A DNA stretch of 64,000 bases from Phoronis australis (lineage: Eukaryota > Animalia > Phoronida): assembly GCA_002633005.1 (NCBI GenBank), contig NMRA01000629.1, positions 109,589 to 173,588 on the forward strand. The letters run 5' to 3'. This document shows, piece after piece, positions 40,163-53,139 of the stretch. Position 1 is the stretch's first letter, and every line of letters starts with the position of its first letter. The notes beneath the pieces are model-generated. The model ran no database searches, was not told the DNA's origin, and saw nothing but the letters and a program-made list of their open reading frames with translations. The position numbers were made by a program, and so were the translations under genes.

Positions 40163-43100
40163 ACAAGAGCAGTGCAGAGTGTTGAAATGCACCCACGAAT
40201 GCATCGCAAATGGTTTGCTTTTAGGGTTGCTTATATGTGTAATAAAAATGGCCACTAGATGGCGCAAAAATTGTACAATCAATCCAAAAACGGGAAAATT
40301 TCATTGCTTCTTTAATAGAAAGCTATACTTTAAATTTCAGATAAATCCGTCACCGAACTTCAGAGGAACAAAGGAGGGCAGGATAAATTGAAATTTCCAC
40401 TAGGGGGCACTCTGTTCATTGGATCCACTGAAAGTTTTCATTGTCTGTTGTTAGCTTCATATAAATACACTTACTAATTAAATTTAATAAAGATCTTGCG
40501 GTGGGATTAGGAGATACAGCTATGGGCGCAAAAAAAAACCAAAACTACCACTAGGAGGCGCAACACTATTCAAAGATATCTTCACCCATCCCCTTCACAG
40601 TGAGAACATATACGCCAATTTGCAAAGCCATCCTAAGAACGATTTGGTTAATAGAGGTGTACACACCAAAAAAAAAAACACTGGAAAACAGCAAAAATTG
40701 CCACTAGGTGGCGCAAAATACCTTGATTTCATTCAAAAACTGGAGTATAGCGTCATCTCACCAATAGATGTCCGTATTCAAAATTTTATGAAAATCCGTT
40801 GAGGACCATTGAAGATACGGAGGTAAACGTCAAACTAAAATTGCCACCAGGGGTCACACCAGTACTCAGATCAATCCGAAAATCGTCATGGTCCGTTGTC
40901 ATCATCATGTAAACACAATTGTTAAATTTAGTAAAGTTCCTGCAAACACATAACGCTAAATTGTCGTGAGAGACCGTCCGGAGTTGGTATATGGTGCAAC
41001 TCCGCACGGTCTGGGGTCAACAGAAAAATACAGTTCAACTGTGAGTCTACGTCAAAGTGATAAACGCGAGTAGTTCTACTTGCTTCGTCAGCTGTAATTA
41101 CGCTTATATCTTTTATGACACACAACGTGTGACTGGGCGAAGCATTTTCAAAATAATGTGGATAAATCAGTGGAGTGTGAGACCCCTGAGGTCCCTGTCA
41201 AGTCCTCACGACAATTCTACGTTATGAGTTTAGGAGATACAGCCATGGGCGCAAAAAACGAAACTGCCACTAGGTGGCGCCACAGTATTCGAAGCCAGAA
41301 TATTGTCACTCGTCCACTTCATAGTAAAACCATACATGCCAATTTTCACAACTATCTTGAAAGCGGTTTGGTTGACAGAGGGGTGGACACCAAAACACAG
41401 ACTCAAAAACTGTAAATATGGCCACTAGGTGCCGCAAACTAGGTCGAATTCCTCTGAAAACGGAAAGATGGCGTCACTTCACTAACAGAAGCTTGTTTAC
41501 CAAATTCAATGAAAATACCTTGAGGACCTTTGGAGATACAGAGGTAAACATAAACAAATAAAACTATCGCTAGGTGGCACACCAGTGGTCAGATCTGCGT
41601 GAAAGTCGTCGTCGTTTGTTGTCATCATCATATAAATGCACTTTCTTGATTTAGTAAAGATTCAGCAAATGGTTTAGCAGATATAACCATAGGCTCAAAC
41701 AAACAAAACTGCCACTAGGAGGCGCCACAGTTGTCGAAGTCGTCGGAAAATATTCGTCAACCGTCCTCTTAATAGTAAGAGCATACATGCCAATGGGGCT
41801 ATTCGGAAAATCTACAATAACTAGAGGGCGTGCGTGTACTAGCGGTGATAGATTAACAGCCTCGATTTCGCGAGTCCTTTAAATACATGGTGAAATGGCT
41901 TGCAGCCGTGCCAACTGAATCTGAGATTGCGTAAAAAGGGTGCTTCTATGAGAGGAAGTAAGCACGACCTCATACAAAGGTAAGGTTTGTGATTATTTTT
42001 ACGATTATTCCATGATTATTCTACCGATGCCTGTTAACTGAGGCACTCGCCGATGTCGACTTCGCGGCAGTCAGTCGCCAGCCAGAGTCTGGTTAATCTT
42101 TATATGTTGTGATATGTGATACGATACTTGACGTAGCAATCGGGATCTTTTCGTACATCAAAGCATTATTATTGTTTGGAATGATTTCTAAAAGTTTATC
42201 AGTGACAGTTACATCAATCAATGCTGAATGTTTATGCTGTCAACTCGATACAGGTTAATGAGTTAAGATTACAATCCAATCCCAATGGCAAAGGGTACGT
42301 GAGTGATAAATATCCATTGCATTAGACTATTTGTTTACTCCCTATCATATGTCTTCTGGAAATCTATTACACGTTGAAATGGAAATCTATCACGTCAGTT
42401 TTCACGTAACCTTTGGTTTTTAGGTTTGAAGGCTTGTACCGTGCAGAGGAGATATGCATCGCTTCTGCACCGTCCCTGAATGGACAAAAATTGGTTTTTA
42501 GCATTTGACTGCAGCTAACCAACAAGATCTTCCCATCCAGTGCAGATCTGTTGTCAAAGCCTACTTTCAATATTGGAGACAACGAACAAAGCCTTTGAAA
42601 AGGAACAGCTATTTTTAAAGTCATTTTGTTAAATTACTTATTCAGGTCCCGAGGGGGGATTGGCATGGGGGGTTGTAATATTTGGTACAACTGAATGTGT
42701 GGAAATAACAGGTAATACATGTTTGGGGAAAAGAGCATGGTGAGGTAATTCTTAACCTTCACGAAGTCCCTTCAAGTTGATTTCATGAAACTGTTTTGCT
42801 ACTTGTATCAATTGTAAAACCACGAAAATATATTACATTTTCCGAATTCACAGTGACTGAATAGTCTTAACTCATGCCTTGAAATGTTGCAAGTCGTTAT
42901 AAATTCAAATGACTGCCATTTTTGTGAAAATTGCATTTTTGATGGTGCCTTACGATTTGTAATTACTCTTAAACAACAGAAAGATTATCCATCATTTTTA
43001 AATGACCCAAGTCTTCATATCTTCTATTAGAAGAAAAACGGTTCCCTCAACCTTAGGCTAGAAGTATGCTTGACAGACCCATGAACCTGTAATCTGAGTT

Positions 43101-45740
43101 TAAAATTGCTGAAAGTATCAAAATTAAAAAGGCTTGAAAATGGGTAACAAAGGTTTGAAGTTGTCTCAAAAAACTTGTATATTTTACAGACAAGTGATGC
43201 CTTTAAAGAATTGTTATGGCTAGGGATAAAAAATAAAGACACAGTTTTATGCAATACTCATTATATACACCCTTGGTTTCTGAAAATAGTAATTATTTAC
43301 TTTTATGTGAAACTGTAGACCAATCACCATATATTTTTGAAAAACAGGGATAACATTTTTGATCCAATCTGGAGTACTTAATTATTCATATTTCAATATT
43401 TGTTCCAGGTTCAGTGACATTTTAAGGCCACTTCAAGCTGTATCATAGACAAGCTTTGTTACTCCGTTCTCTTCCCACAGCACTTCCACACACCAGCAGT
43501 GCTGCATGGCACAATGTGCAAGTCAGTGGCCCTGGAGAAATGTGAATCGCAGTACTAAGTTACCATAAGACAATGTGCCAGTGGAGTGTCTGTGTATCCA
43601 GACGAACTATATCTGACTGCTACACAAATAAGCCTTGTTGGTGAGGATGCCCTTTCATAGGCAATGAGTCATGTGTGGACAATAGCTTATTTCCTTTCCT
43701 GGAAGAAACATGAGGGACTGAAGCTAAAGAAGACCTAGTCACACTCTGGTCTAGTTCAGAGTCTGATTTTGGGCTCAAAACGATTCAAGTGATATGCTGC
43801 TGTGTTTACCTTCAAGGGTCTAATTGTGGATGTTATTGAGGCTGAATGAGGTTACATGAAAGAAAGCCACGTGTTGAAACTGGACCTTTTTTACAAGCGC
43901 TTCTATAGGCCATTGAAACTAGAACCCAGTGAAATGAAAGCCAAAAGCTGAGTGACATTAAATTTTCCTTTCAGAAGAAAGGCTTTATACTATTGGTAAA
44001 AACTTTTCAATTTGGTACAGATTATGGGGAAATGACATTCAGTGACTGCATCGATTGTCTTATTGTATGTTTTCAATTGTAGCTAGCTGCTATGCACAAG
44101 ATTCGAGAATAAACAATTATCAGTGTATTTAAAAACAAATGGCAAACTGAAAAAGCACAGAAAGAAACATTGCGAGGGAGTCCATAATCAGGCATATCAG
44201 GTGCTGAATTACTGAATTACGTTCAATTCTCTCAGGTTATTGCTGAAGGATTGCTTTTCACTTTGTCCAACGGTGAAATAGATGGTCAGGCGGTTGGTTT
44301 CAGTTGTTTTTTCTTGCCTGTAACAGAATAGAAATATTAGCAAATTGTAAAAGAAAAGGCAAGACAAAACTACTTTTGTAAGGCAGAACATACTTGACAT
44401 TTCATCTTCATGTTTATGTGTAGAAACTAATAACCTTTGTACCCAAGTCTTATTTAATAACTGCATAAAAATATGTGAAACAGGCTAAAAGTGATTTAAC
44501 AATGTGTATTTTTCATGACACTTAAAATGTGCTTCTGATCTCAACAAGTAAAATTCATTCTAGGTGTCAATTTTTTTCCAATGCAATGTTACGACATTTA
44601 CTGAGTTAAGGCTTATTCATGTTAATTCGATAACTGAGCTGGTGGTCCTGGGGATGGGGTCCACGATAAAATAAGGAAACTCACTCATCTAGAGAATTTT
44701 ATTGGAAACAGCATAGTTTTGAAGAGAAACTGCTGTGAAAAAGTCACTCTTGACTTCTGTGCATCACGTACCATACACCTCTTATTTTGGGAGCACTCCC
44801 ACCCAGGACAATATGAATATGTGCTGCTAGCCTACCCGGCATCGGGTGAGTTTCCAAAAAGAAACACTTAGTTCCACTCAATAAAACTGTTATTCAGTGA
44901 GGTAACTGGTGGGGATAACATCACCGAACGATGTTGATAGAAACTGATTGCTAAAAACTTACCAAGTAATGTTGTGTATTCTCCGAATGGAACTGGATAG
45001 TCATAGGATAGACATAGAGCACACACGGGGCTTCAGCATCCACACACTTTTTGTCAGTTAGTTGACCCTGTTGACCACAATTGTCCACGAATATAGTAAC
45101 CTTAGGTCTTTTGGGAATTTGTGGCCACCTGTCGAAGACTTGCACCAGGGAAATTAGCAGTAATAAGGCTTAGCGCGACGACGTATTTTGATAAAAATTC
45201 CATCTTTTACCAGTTGTTTACATGCAGACAGCCACGCATGCGCAATTTAATCACCACTAGTACAGCAGCGACACCGCGAGGAGAATTCTCCGAATAGCCC
45301 CATTTTCATAATTATGCTTAAGGCGGTTTGGTTGATAGAGGGGTGGACGTTAAAAACATACTCGAAAACAGTAGAAATGGCCACTCGGTGGCGCAAACTA
45401 CGTCAAACCCATCCAGAAAGGGGAGGATACCGTCGTCTCACTAATAGATGCCTATATACCAAATGTTGTGAAAATATGTAAAGGACCTTTGAAGATACAG
45501 ATGTAAACGTAAAAAAAGAAAATTGCAACTAGGGGGCATATTGGTAATCGGATCCGTCCGAAAGTTCGCTCATGCCGTCCCATCCATGAAAGGAACATAC
45601 ACATGTACGCTCAAAATATCATGAACATGTGTCAATCGGTATTGGAGATATAGCAGCGGACGCCGGACGCCGGACAGACGGACGGACGGATAGAAATGCC
45701 GGCATAATGCGTCCACATATAAATATGTGGGCGCATGAAA
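40163..45740 (+). mobile_element. Second HINE/pearl-like element, interrupted by insertions
   Basis: Starts acaagagcagtgcagagtgttgaaatgc (cf. 27581); ~143-155-bp core units; (ggac)n at ~45658-45690; terminal atgcgtccacatataaatatgtgggcgcat palindrome. Confidence 0.7.
41795..45301. mobile_element. ISL2EU-like DNA transposon (decayed), inserted in the HINE
   Basis: TIR ggggctattcgga / tccgaatagcccc; AT target duplication confirmed by the uninterrupted sister unit catgcc-aattttca at ~41335-41348. No intact ORF, so the superfamily call rests on GG..CC termini and AT TSD. Confidence 0.65.
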
Positions 45741-46941
45741 ACAATAAACTGCACGATTCAAAGTGGTTCTCTGCCACTGAAACAGAATGCCCTTGTAATT
45801 CACCAGACATTTTTATGGTTTGTTCGTAAAGATTTTGAATTTGGTTTTAAACTTCAAAAACACGATCTGTCAACTGCTAATTAGTTCTCCTTCAAGGCAA
45901 AGCGCGTCTCCTTATTGGGTATGGCAATACGTAGGGAAGCACATTTCCTATATGGAAAACGTGACATTTGACTTTTGGTGTAAACAAAACAATGGCTACT
46001 TCAGCAAAAGCCAGTCAGATTAAGAGATAATTGATGTAAGCCCTAACATGTTAAAATTAGTTATAAACGTATCGTTGCATTGCAAATTATTCTAAAACTC
46101 AGTTAAGTTTATAGAAAATTGTTTCCTTCACTGGCTTGACTCATAAAGTGTTCTGTAGACCGGAGTGCTATCACAAATGATATATACTGCCCTTAATATC
46201 CATCTTGTCAGTCAGCTGTTTGACGAACGGTTGCGAGAGCACGCACACTTTTATCATAAGTGGGAGGGGAATTAGAAACACGGTGGTGATTACAGGGTTT
46301 TTCCTTCGTGCATATTTCAAAAATCGTTAATTTTGTGATTCTTTTCAAAATTATCAGTCAGCGAAATTAAATAGTTGGCAGGTTCATGATACTTTCGTTA
46401 TGAGTTCTTTGGAAGTCATTTTGGACGAGTTTTAAATTCGTGTTCTATGCCTCTTTAAGGCAAATGCCACTTCGCAAGGAGACACTTACGTAGAGACAGC
46501 AATGCAATAAGCTGTGAAATTGCTGTATACTGATAATGAGTGACACTTAAATAAATAGATCCGAATGTTGGTCTTCATCGATAAAAGTACATTCGTTAAA
46601 ATGTCAAGAGAAATACTAAATAATAAGGAAACATGTACTGAAGCAGACCAATTACCAACAAGCTGTATTGATTTGCGTTTCCAAACAATGTTTGATACAA
46701 TACTCATTAAGGTTTAGGGGGGTTATTATAAAAGGTTGGCTTAAGTTTTATGATTTAAATACCTTTGTCACAGTTTCTCAACTAATACTTGAATACTAAT
46801 CGCCAATGCTGCATGTACATGTATGTACACATTGGCCATTTTAATCACGGGGCAGATTTTGGAAATCCTTCCTTGTTTCATTTGTCTCAGTTTAACTATC
46901 GAGAGGACACAATTTCGCCATTATACTAACATCACATCAGC

Positions 46942-47418
46942 ATGGCTGTCATGCCTATCAAAGTGTTGTTATGGATCTGTTCCTTAAAAGTTTTCCTCGT
47001 CTTATTCTTCTTTGATGCTTCATCCCACTGTGAAAATTGTGGCCAGTCCTTCGATCTTAAAAAAAGAAAAGTCGCGGGAAATGCGGAGTTACTCTCAAGC
47101 TCAACCACATATACGATTTTGGACTGCATGTTAGCATGTTTAGCTGTCAAGGACTGTGATACTTTTGCATATTCGCTGAAGCGTAGGGAATGTCGCACAT
47201 TCTGGGTCAACGACCAGCAGCTTACCGGAAAACGTCAAGAATTAACAGACGCTGAGTGGAATTATTATGAGAAAAGAGGACTCGTTCCAGGAACCTTCAC
47301 ACCAGCAGGTTTGATTCCATCTGAAGCAGCAAACTCAAACGTTAACTGGATACATCCAGCATGCATACAAATGTATTTTACTAAAACGTCACACACGTCC
47401 ATCAATTTCTCTGAATGA
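46942..47418 (+). CDS. Secreted PAN/apple-like protein, type B copy 2
   Basis: Signal-like KVFLVLFFFDASSHC; DCMLACLAVKDCDTFAYSLKRREC; WNYYEKRG conserved with 9313-9705; phase-1 donor GCAG|GTTTGA after 47308. Confidence 0.75.
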   Translation: MAVMPIKVLLWICSLKVFLVLFFFDASSHCENCGQSFDLKKRKVAGNAELLSSSTTYTILDCMLACLAVKDCDTFAYSLKRRECRTFWVNDQQLTGKRQELTDAEWNYYEKRGLVPGTFTPAGLIPSEAANSNVNWIHPACIQMYFTKTSHTSINFSE

Positions 47419-47849
47419 AGCTAGTTTTGGAAGTTTATACTTAAGTTGACTATAAAACAGCTTTCCATCACAAGTATCAACTTTTTATTTAGAATACAAG
47501 CTGTCATGAAATTGGTCTCAAATTGTTTTAGTCAAATTAGAGGTGATTAAGGGTTTCAATAGAACTGATACTCCGTTAGTGCTTGAGGTCCACCACTTCA
47601 AGTTGACTTGTCACGTATCATCTCAAACGCCGGATTTGATCTCAAAGATTGACAACTGCTAGAACATATCAAATCCAGAAATCACTTTACGTCTCAGTAC
47701 GGAACAATTTAGACTTAGTTCTATAGCAGAAAGTGATTTAAATTAACGGGTTGGTGCACGTGGGTTCATAGACGCTTTAAAGAAGCAATTAAATGAGTTC
47801 AGTAATTAACACAAAGCATCATTTTTGCAGTTACATGTATACATAATAT

Positions 47850-48420
47850 ATAGTCACGTCATCTTTTCTTGAAAAACAATCGAAGTCGTGAAAGACTACG
47901 ACCAGTGGCAGAGTGTAATGTTGTTTACCAATTCACATGTCATATGGACGAATGTCTTCGTCCTTATTCTCGTGAGCAGTGTCACATAGGACACACGATG
48001 TGTTCTCTCTCGCGACGGTTGTCCATGCACTCGCAGATCATTTCATACACCAACATGGCCGAAATATAACTAGGCAAGAAATACTAGACAATACCATCAT
48101 TCGCTATGTTGAAAATGACACATTTTGGTTAAAGATTTTGGAATCGCTATTGATCAGTTACAAAAAACCTGTGTTGAATGAGCAGCTCACAGGCGTGTAC
48201 CGCACTCTGGCTCTGTTTCGTTAGGGTTGCGGGCTTACTATCGTGTGTTGGATTCACACTCTCTGCTTGTATGCCCCTCTTCCCCATGTCACGAGTATTC
48301 CAATATTTATTTCGCTATGCATAATTTCATTCCATTTGTTGCCTGATGATAAGACATGTAGTCTCGAAATATAGCTAGTGTTTTACTTTGTTTGTTTGTT
48401 ATGTCTCTCGGTGTTTTACT
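47850..48420 (+). mobile_element. Penelope-like element 3' fragment (GIY-YIG endonuclease remnant)
   Basis: NVVYQFTC...HIGHTMCSLSRRLSMH; LKILESLLI...KPVLNEQ; followed by a hammerhead-like motif. Confidence 0.75.
48336..48380 (+). ncRNA. Degenerate minimal hammerhead ribozyme (Penelope-type)
   Basis: CTGATGA-t-aAGAC-atgta-GTCTc-GAAA core with stem II; stems I and III weak; position matches the PLE terminal repeat context. Confidence 0.45.
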
Positions 48421-48580
48421 ACATACCTGCACACCTTACGAAAGGAGACTGTTACTAAACAACGAGCGTACCAGTATCAAGTTTGCAAACAAAAAATCTA
48501 GTATTCGTATTATTTATTTATGTGTATGTGAATGCGTATGCGTATGCGTATGAATACACCTGTATATCGCTACTTTTCAG

Positions 48581-48822
48581 TTTGCGTCACCACGGAAGTG
48601 TCTGGTTATGACGTCAAGTGTGGAGACTGTCAAGGAAACGATATTCGTGAGATCATCAATTCCAATCCGGTTTCCTGTGCGTGGGCGTGTAACAACTCTA
48701 ATAACTGCGTGGCGTTTGTTATGTACAATGGAAAGACGTGCTACATAAAGTACAAGTCTTGTGAGATCCCCACTACTGAAGGTCCAATCAACTCACTGTG
48801 CGTTGTGTACACTAAGAAATAA
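48581..48822 (+). CDS. PAN/apple-domain exon, type A copy 3 (intact reading frame)
   Basis: ttttcag acceptor at 48580; YDVKCGDCQGNDIREI...CAWAC...CVAFVMYNGKTCYIKYKSC...LCVVYTKK*; 8 Cys after VSG; AATAAA downstream. Confidence 0.72.
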
Positions 48823-49086
48823 ATCAATTAGTTTCCAAGAATGTGTTGTAATAGAAAACATTTTCGCAATTACATTTCCAAAGTCGTATTTTTTACTGAA
48901 GTGAATAAAGAAGTTCAATGAAATATTCACATTTAACAAATTCCCAACGTCACTAGATTTTACGACTGGTAAGATGTCATTGATTTATTCAACTAGACGA
49001 CCATGTTGTACGTCATATAGCAAACGCATGGTGCAATTCCTGTAACATCCATGAATATAACGTATCATTATGTTTACTATTGTTTT

Positions 49087-49087
<1 letters not shown>

Positions 49088-49123
<36 letters not shown>
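49088..49123. repeat. (TGT)n microsatellite
   Basis: About 12 perfect TGT units; positionally equivalent to the microsatellite at ~1330 after type-A copy 1. Confidence 0.9.
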
Positions 49124-49124
<1 letters not shown>

Positions 49125-49299
49125 ATCATTATCGTTTTATTTATCGTTATAACCAATCAAAAGTACTATTATTGACAACAATGCATAATGACTACAGTAC
49201 TAATAATGAATTTACTAATAATCAAACTACGTTTACTACTGTAATTGCAACCCAAACATCTAATTACTTTAAAATATTTTTGCCACAGTAATTGTCTGG

Positions 49300-49460
49300 A
49301 TGATACAACTAAAATGTTCTAACCATAAAGTTAAAATTGAAATTGACCGGGATGCACAGAATGATAGACAGTATCGCCTGTGCGCCTACTGTGAAGACAA
49401 TCGTTTGGTTGAAGACGAGTATCATTTCGTCTGCGTCTGCAGTTTGTAGTCTGAATTAAT
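49300..49460 (+). mobile_element. Short LINE 3' fragment (C-terminal CCHC zinc finger)
   Basis: KIEIDR...RLCAYCEDNRLVEDEYHFVCVC translated from 49322 onward. Confidence 0.6.
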
Positions 49461-52400
49461 ATAAGCAGCACTTCTCAACGTCTAGCCTTGGTTTCATATA
49501 ACACACAAAATTTGAAATCACGTTTTTTTGTACAGTGGTCCAGTCTCATGCATCCTCTTTCAACAAAGTCGTTGCAATCTATGCTGTAGTCTAAAGTAAG
49601 TAAATCTTAAGTCAGTGATGAAATTCGAAATTTGATATTACTTGTTGGTGGAATAGACTTTTGAGGTTTGTGGTCATGCATCATTACAAATAAAAATGCG
49701 TTATATATTTCTGAATTTTATCCCAAAATTGAGATCAGAGTCTAAAACATCTTCACCCTGATAAGAGATGTTTTGTACACAGCTGGAAAAACTTTCCACT
49801 GAGTTGAAATAATTCACACAGAAAATTTCCTCCCGGGCGGAATTCATTAGCCTCCGTAGACAGATGTGTTAACAACATTTAGATAATTTCACGTGACGAT
49901 GAAACATTTACAGGACTTGTCAATCAATCAAGAACGACGGAAGTGACAGTAACTAAATGCACCCAAATACATGTAGGCAGAAGTATTTTCCATGAAGGTG
50001 CCTGATGAAAGGTCAAAAATCAGTATCACGAAACTACACTTGTTACTAAAACGAATGACTTGAGCCATAACTGGCTGGCTACTGAGAATTCTGCTGGAAA
50101 TTTCGGAACCCCAAAGTTAACAGCTGCAAAGAAGCCACATAGCTTGAATGTCTACATTAACCAAAACGACTGCAAATATCTGTAAGAACTTTAGCTCAAC
50201 GAAATCCTCACTGCGGATAATCCTACCGTTGCTTTTAGTCCGATTGGAATTCTGCCATGAAATGAAAGAGAAACTATTCGCAGCATTAAGATGGAAGCTA
50301 GAAATGCCGTGGTTGTCCCCGTGTACGATTCAACCAATATGCCTACATTACAAAGTCTTCATCTTATGTACCGAACTTAAAAACAATTCCACGCCTTGTG
50401 TGGCATTTATCATGAAGTGGGGCACATTAGTTTGTCAGAAATTATAGACATCCAATTTTTACAACCTTTTATGTAAAGTACGTGTATTTATGGCACTTCA
50501 TATTTTACTTTACCACCTTTGAGCTCTTCTCAATGGAATGGGTGCAACTGTCTCAAAAAGTCTTTCACCCGTTTGCAAAGGCATGTACACAAAAGTGCAT
50601 TATTCTCTTAGATCATCACACTGAAAATGGTCACCATCAAGGTATTATGTTGCCATTTCAAAGTTCTGTGCCATACATGTAGCTACCATGGACAACATAT
50701 TGAAAGATGCTGAACATTCACAGCAAAGTAAGTTTAGTGTATCCTCGGACGAAAACAGAATAAAGACATAACGGGACGAGGGGTGATTTATTGCCACCAG
50801 TAACTTCAAATGAACATGCTTATCAGTCGTAAGATACAGTACCAGTGGACATCAAGAAACAACATCAACAGCCTCTTCGGCTTACATTAACCAAATCTTG
50901 CGCTAAAAGGATTTGCACACAAGCTCCTGGATAGTAAGCAACGGTCACCCCTCAGACTTTCCAGAAAACTCTTGGACACATCAATGGCCTGCGGCGGCCG
51001 TCAAGGATTGAAGTGAGCTACTAGTCTCTTTTCATGGGCTTGGCCAAAGGTGCTGTACAAAATGCAGGTAATTGCTGTCGTAAACCAAGTTCTGTCGTCA
51101 ACATGATAGTAACTTATTAGTCAAATTTCATGAATATCCACCTAGGAACTTGGAATACAATGCGAAACGCAAGGAAAACCATACATGTACTTGCCACTAG
51201 TGCACTCCACATTTATCGAAATTGCCAGAATTAAAATCCACATACTTTCCGAAAAAATAACACAACAATATCTTTGAGTTTATTGATGTATGGGATATTG
51301 ACTTTCCGAAATTCGTGTAATTATCTTTGACAAGTGCTATCACACAACAATTTCCGATATGGTTTTTACGATTTTGTTGCCAATCGTCTATTCTCCCATT
51401 GTCTGCCAACCATTCGCTGATATCAATGCCAATAACATTTAAGCAGTTTAGTACGCTTTTAAGTCATTAATGGAGTGGAATTAAGCTCCGCCGGTAGAGT
51501 GTTAGAAAGCGGCTACGCGGCCTTCCAGTTTCAGTCGGCACTGAGAATGATTCCAGAGTATCACTTTTCTCGCCGATAGTATACCCCAAGCAGCTAGGTC
51601 AATGACAGTCCAAGCTCCTTCCAAAAATCATCTATGAGGCACAGTGATTTTAGACGAGGAACAAACATGTGCCTGAAGTACAGGTAGCTGTGATAGGTTT
51701 TGAAGATCTTTGAGGAATTCAATTTATTTGAAACTGACGGTTCATAAAGCACTCAAAAGATACAGTGTTCTCCACATCGTCAACTAAGTTGGTTGTTTCT
51801 CTGTCCTCTTGAAAACCAATCGTGACACGTTTTGATAAGCATCCATCTTCCTGATGCAACTGCACTTAAGTTTCGTTATATTATAAGTACATTGCATTCG
51901 AAATCATGGTAGATTTGAAACTTGTCGGTCATATATGTCAGTGCAAAGAAATGGACAAAGACCACAGAAAAAATAGATATTAAATAGCATACGCAAAAAA
52001 TATGAACATATAGGGATAATCGCCCGCACCTAAGTAAAGCATAGCATAGCCTCACGCGTTTATATGTGAAACAATTGAGGAAAATACTTGCTGAAAAAAA
52101 TATTGATTTTTACATAAATATATGTATATGCTACGAAAACCAATTTCAGTTCTATGTTGTATTGTATTTATTATTCAAATGCACGCAAGATTAAAAATAC
52201 GAGGCGTTATAAAATACAATAACAATAAAACAAGTAGCCTTTTGTAATGACAAGAACCACATATGTAATTATTGAAAGGGTAGTAAGCGTCATCGTTAAC
52301 GAATTAACTAAATGAATCCTACATGAGATTGATTTACCATGTTGATTTGAAAATTTTCTAACTTATACACTGGCAACAAATTGACAGATGTTTAAGCGCA

Positions 52401-53139
52401 CTGACGTATGAAAGCAGAATTGCAGAAATATACATTTACTACATCATGGCGGGTGTGACTTTGAAGCACAGTAAAACATTATATTGTATATTTCAATACA
52501 TCAGCAAAAGCGTAAATTTACTTTGCGTGTATGCTTCAAATTCAGTATAGAGGCGCATTTTGGCGGATTCACGGCCTCAGCCCCTTGAACTACTCAGTAA
52601 GTACGTCTGGTAATCCAAAAGTCCTGTTCTTGTATNTATTTATTATTCAAATGCATGCAAGATTAAAAATACGAGGCATGATAAAATACAATAACAATAA
52701 AACAAGTAGCCTTTTGTAATGACAAGAACCACATATGTAATTATTGAAAGGGTAGTAAGCGTCAGCGTTAACGAATTAACTAAATGAATCCTACATGAGA
52801 TTGATTTACCATGTTGATTTGAAAATTTTCTAACTTATACACTGGCAACAAATTGACAGATGTTTAAGCGCACTGACGTATGAAAGCAGAATTGCAGAAA
52901 TATACATTTACTACATCATGGCTGGTGTGGCTTTGAAGCACAGTAAAACATTATATTGTATATTTCAATACATCAGCAAAAGCGTAAATTTACTTTGCGT
53001 GTATGCTTCAAATTCAGTATAGAGGCGCATTTTGGCGGATTCCTGTTCTTGTATCCAGTAACATTTTGCAGCAAACCCAGAATGTCGGGTAATGACGTGT
53101 TGAAATATTGAGTTTTACTTGACAATGGCTAGAATATCG

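Noticed and set aside
52165-53060. Near-identical ~470-bp tandem duplication
   Set aside because: Junction is a single N at 52636; probably two haplotypes or overlapping contig ends.
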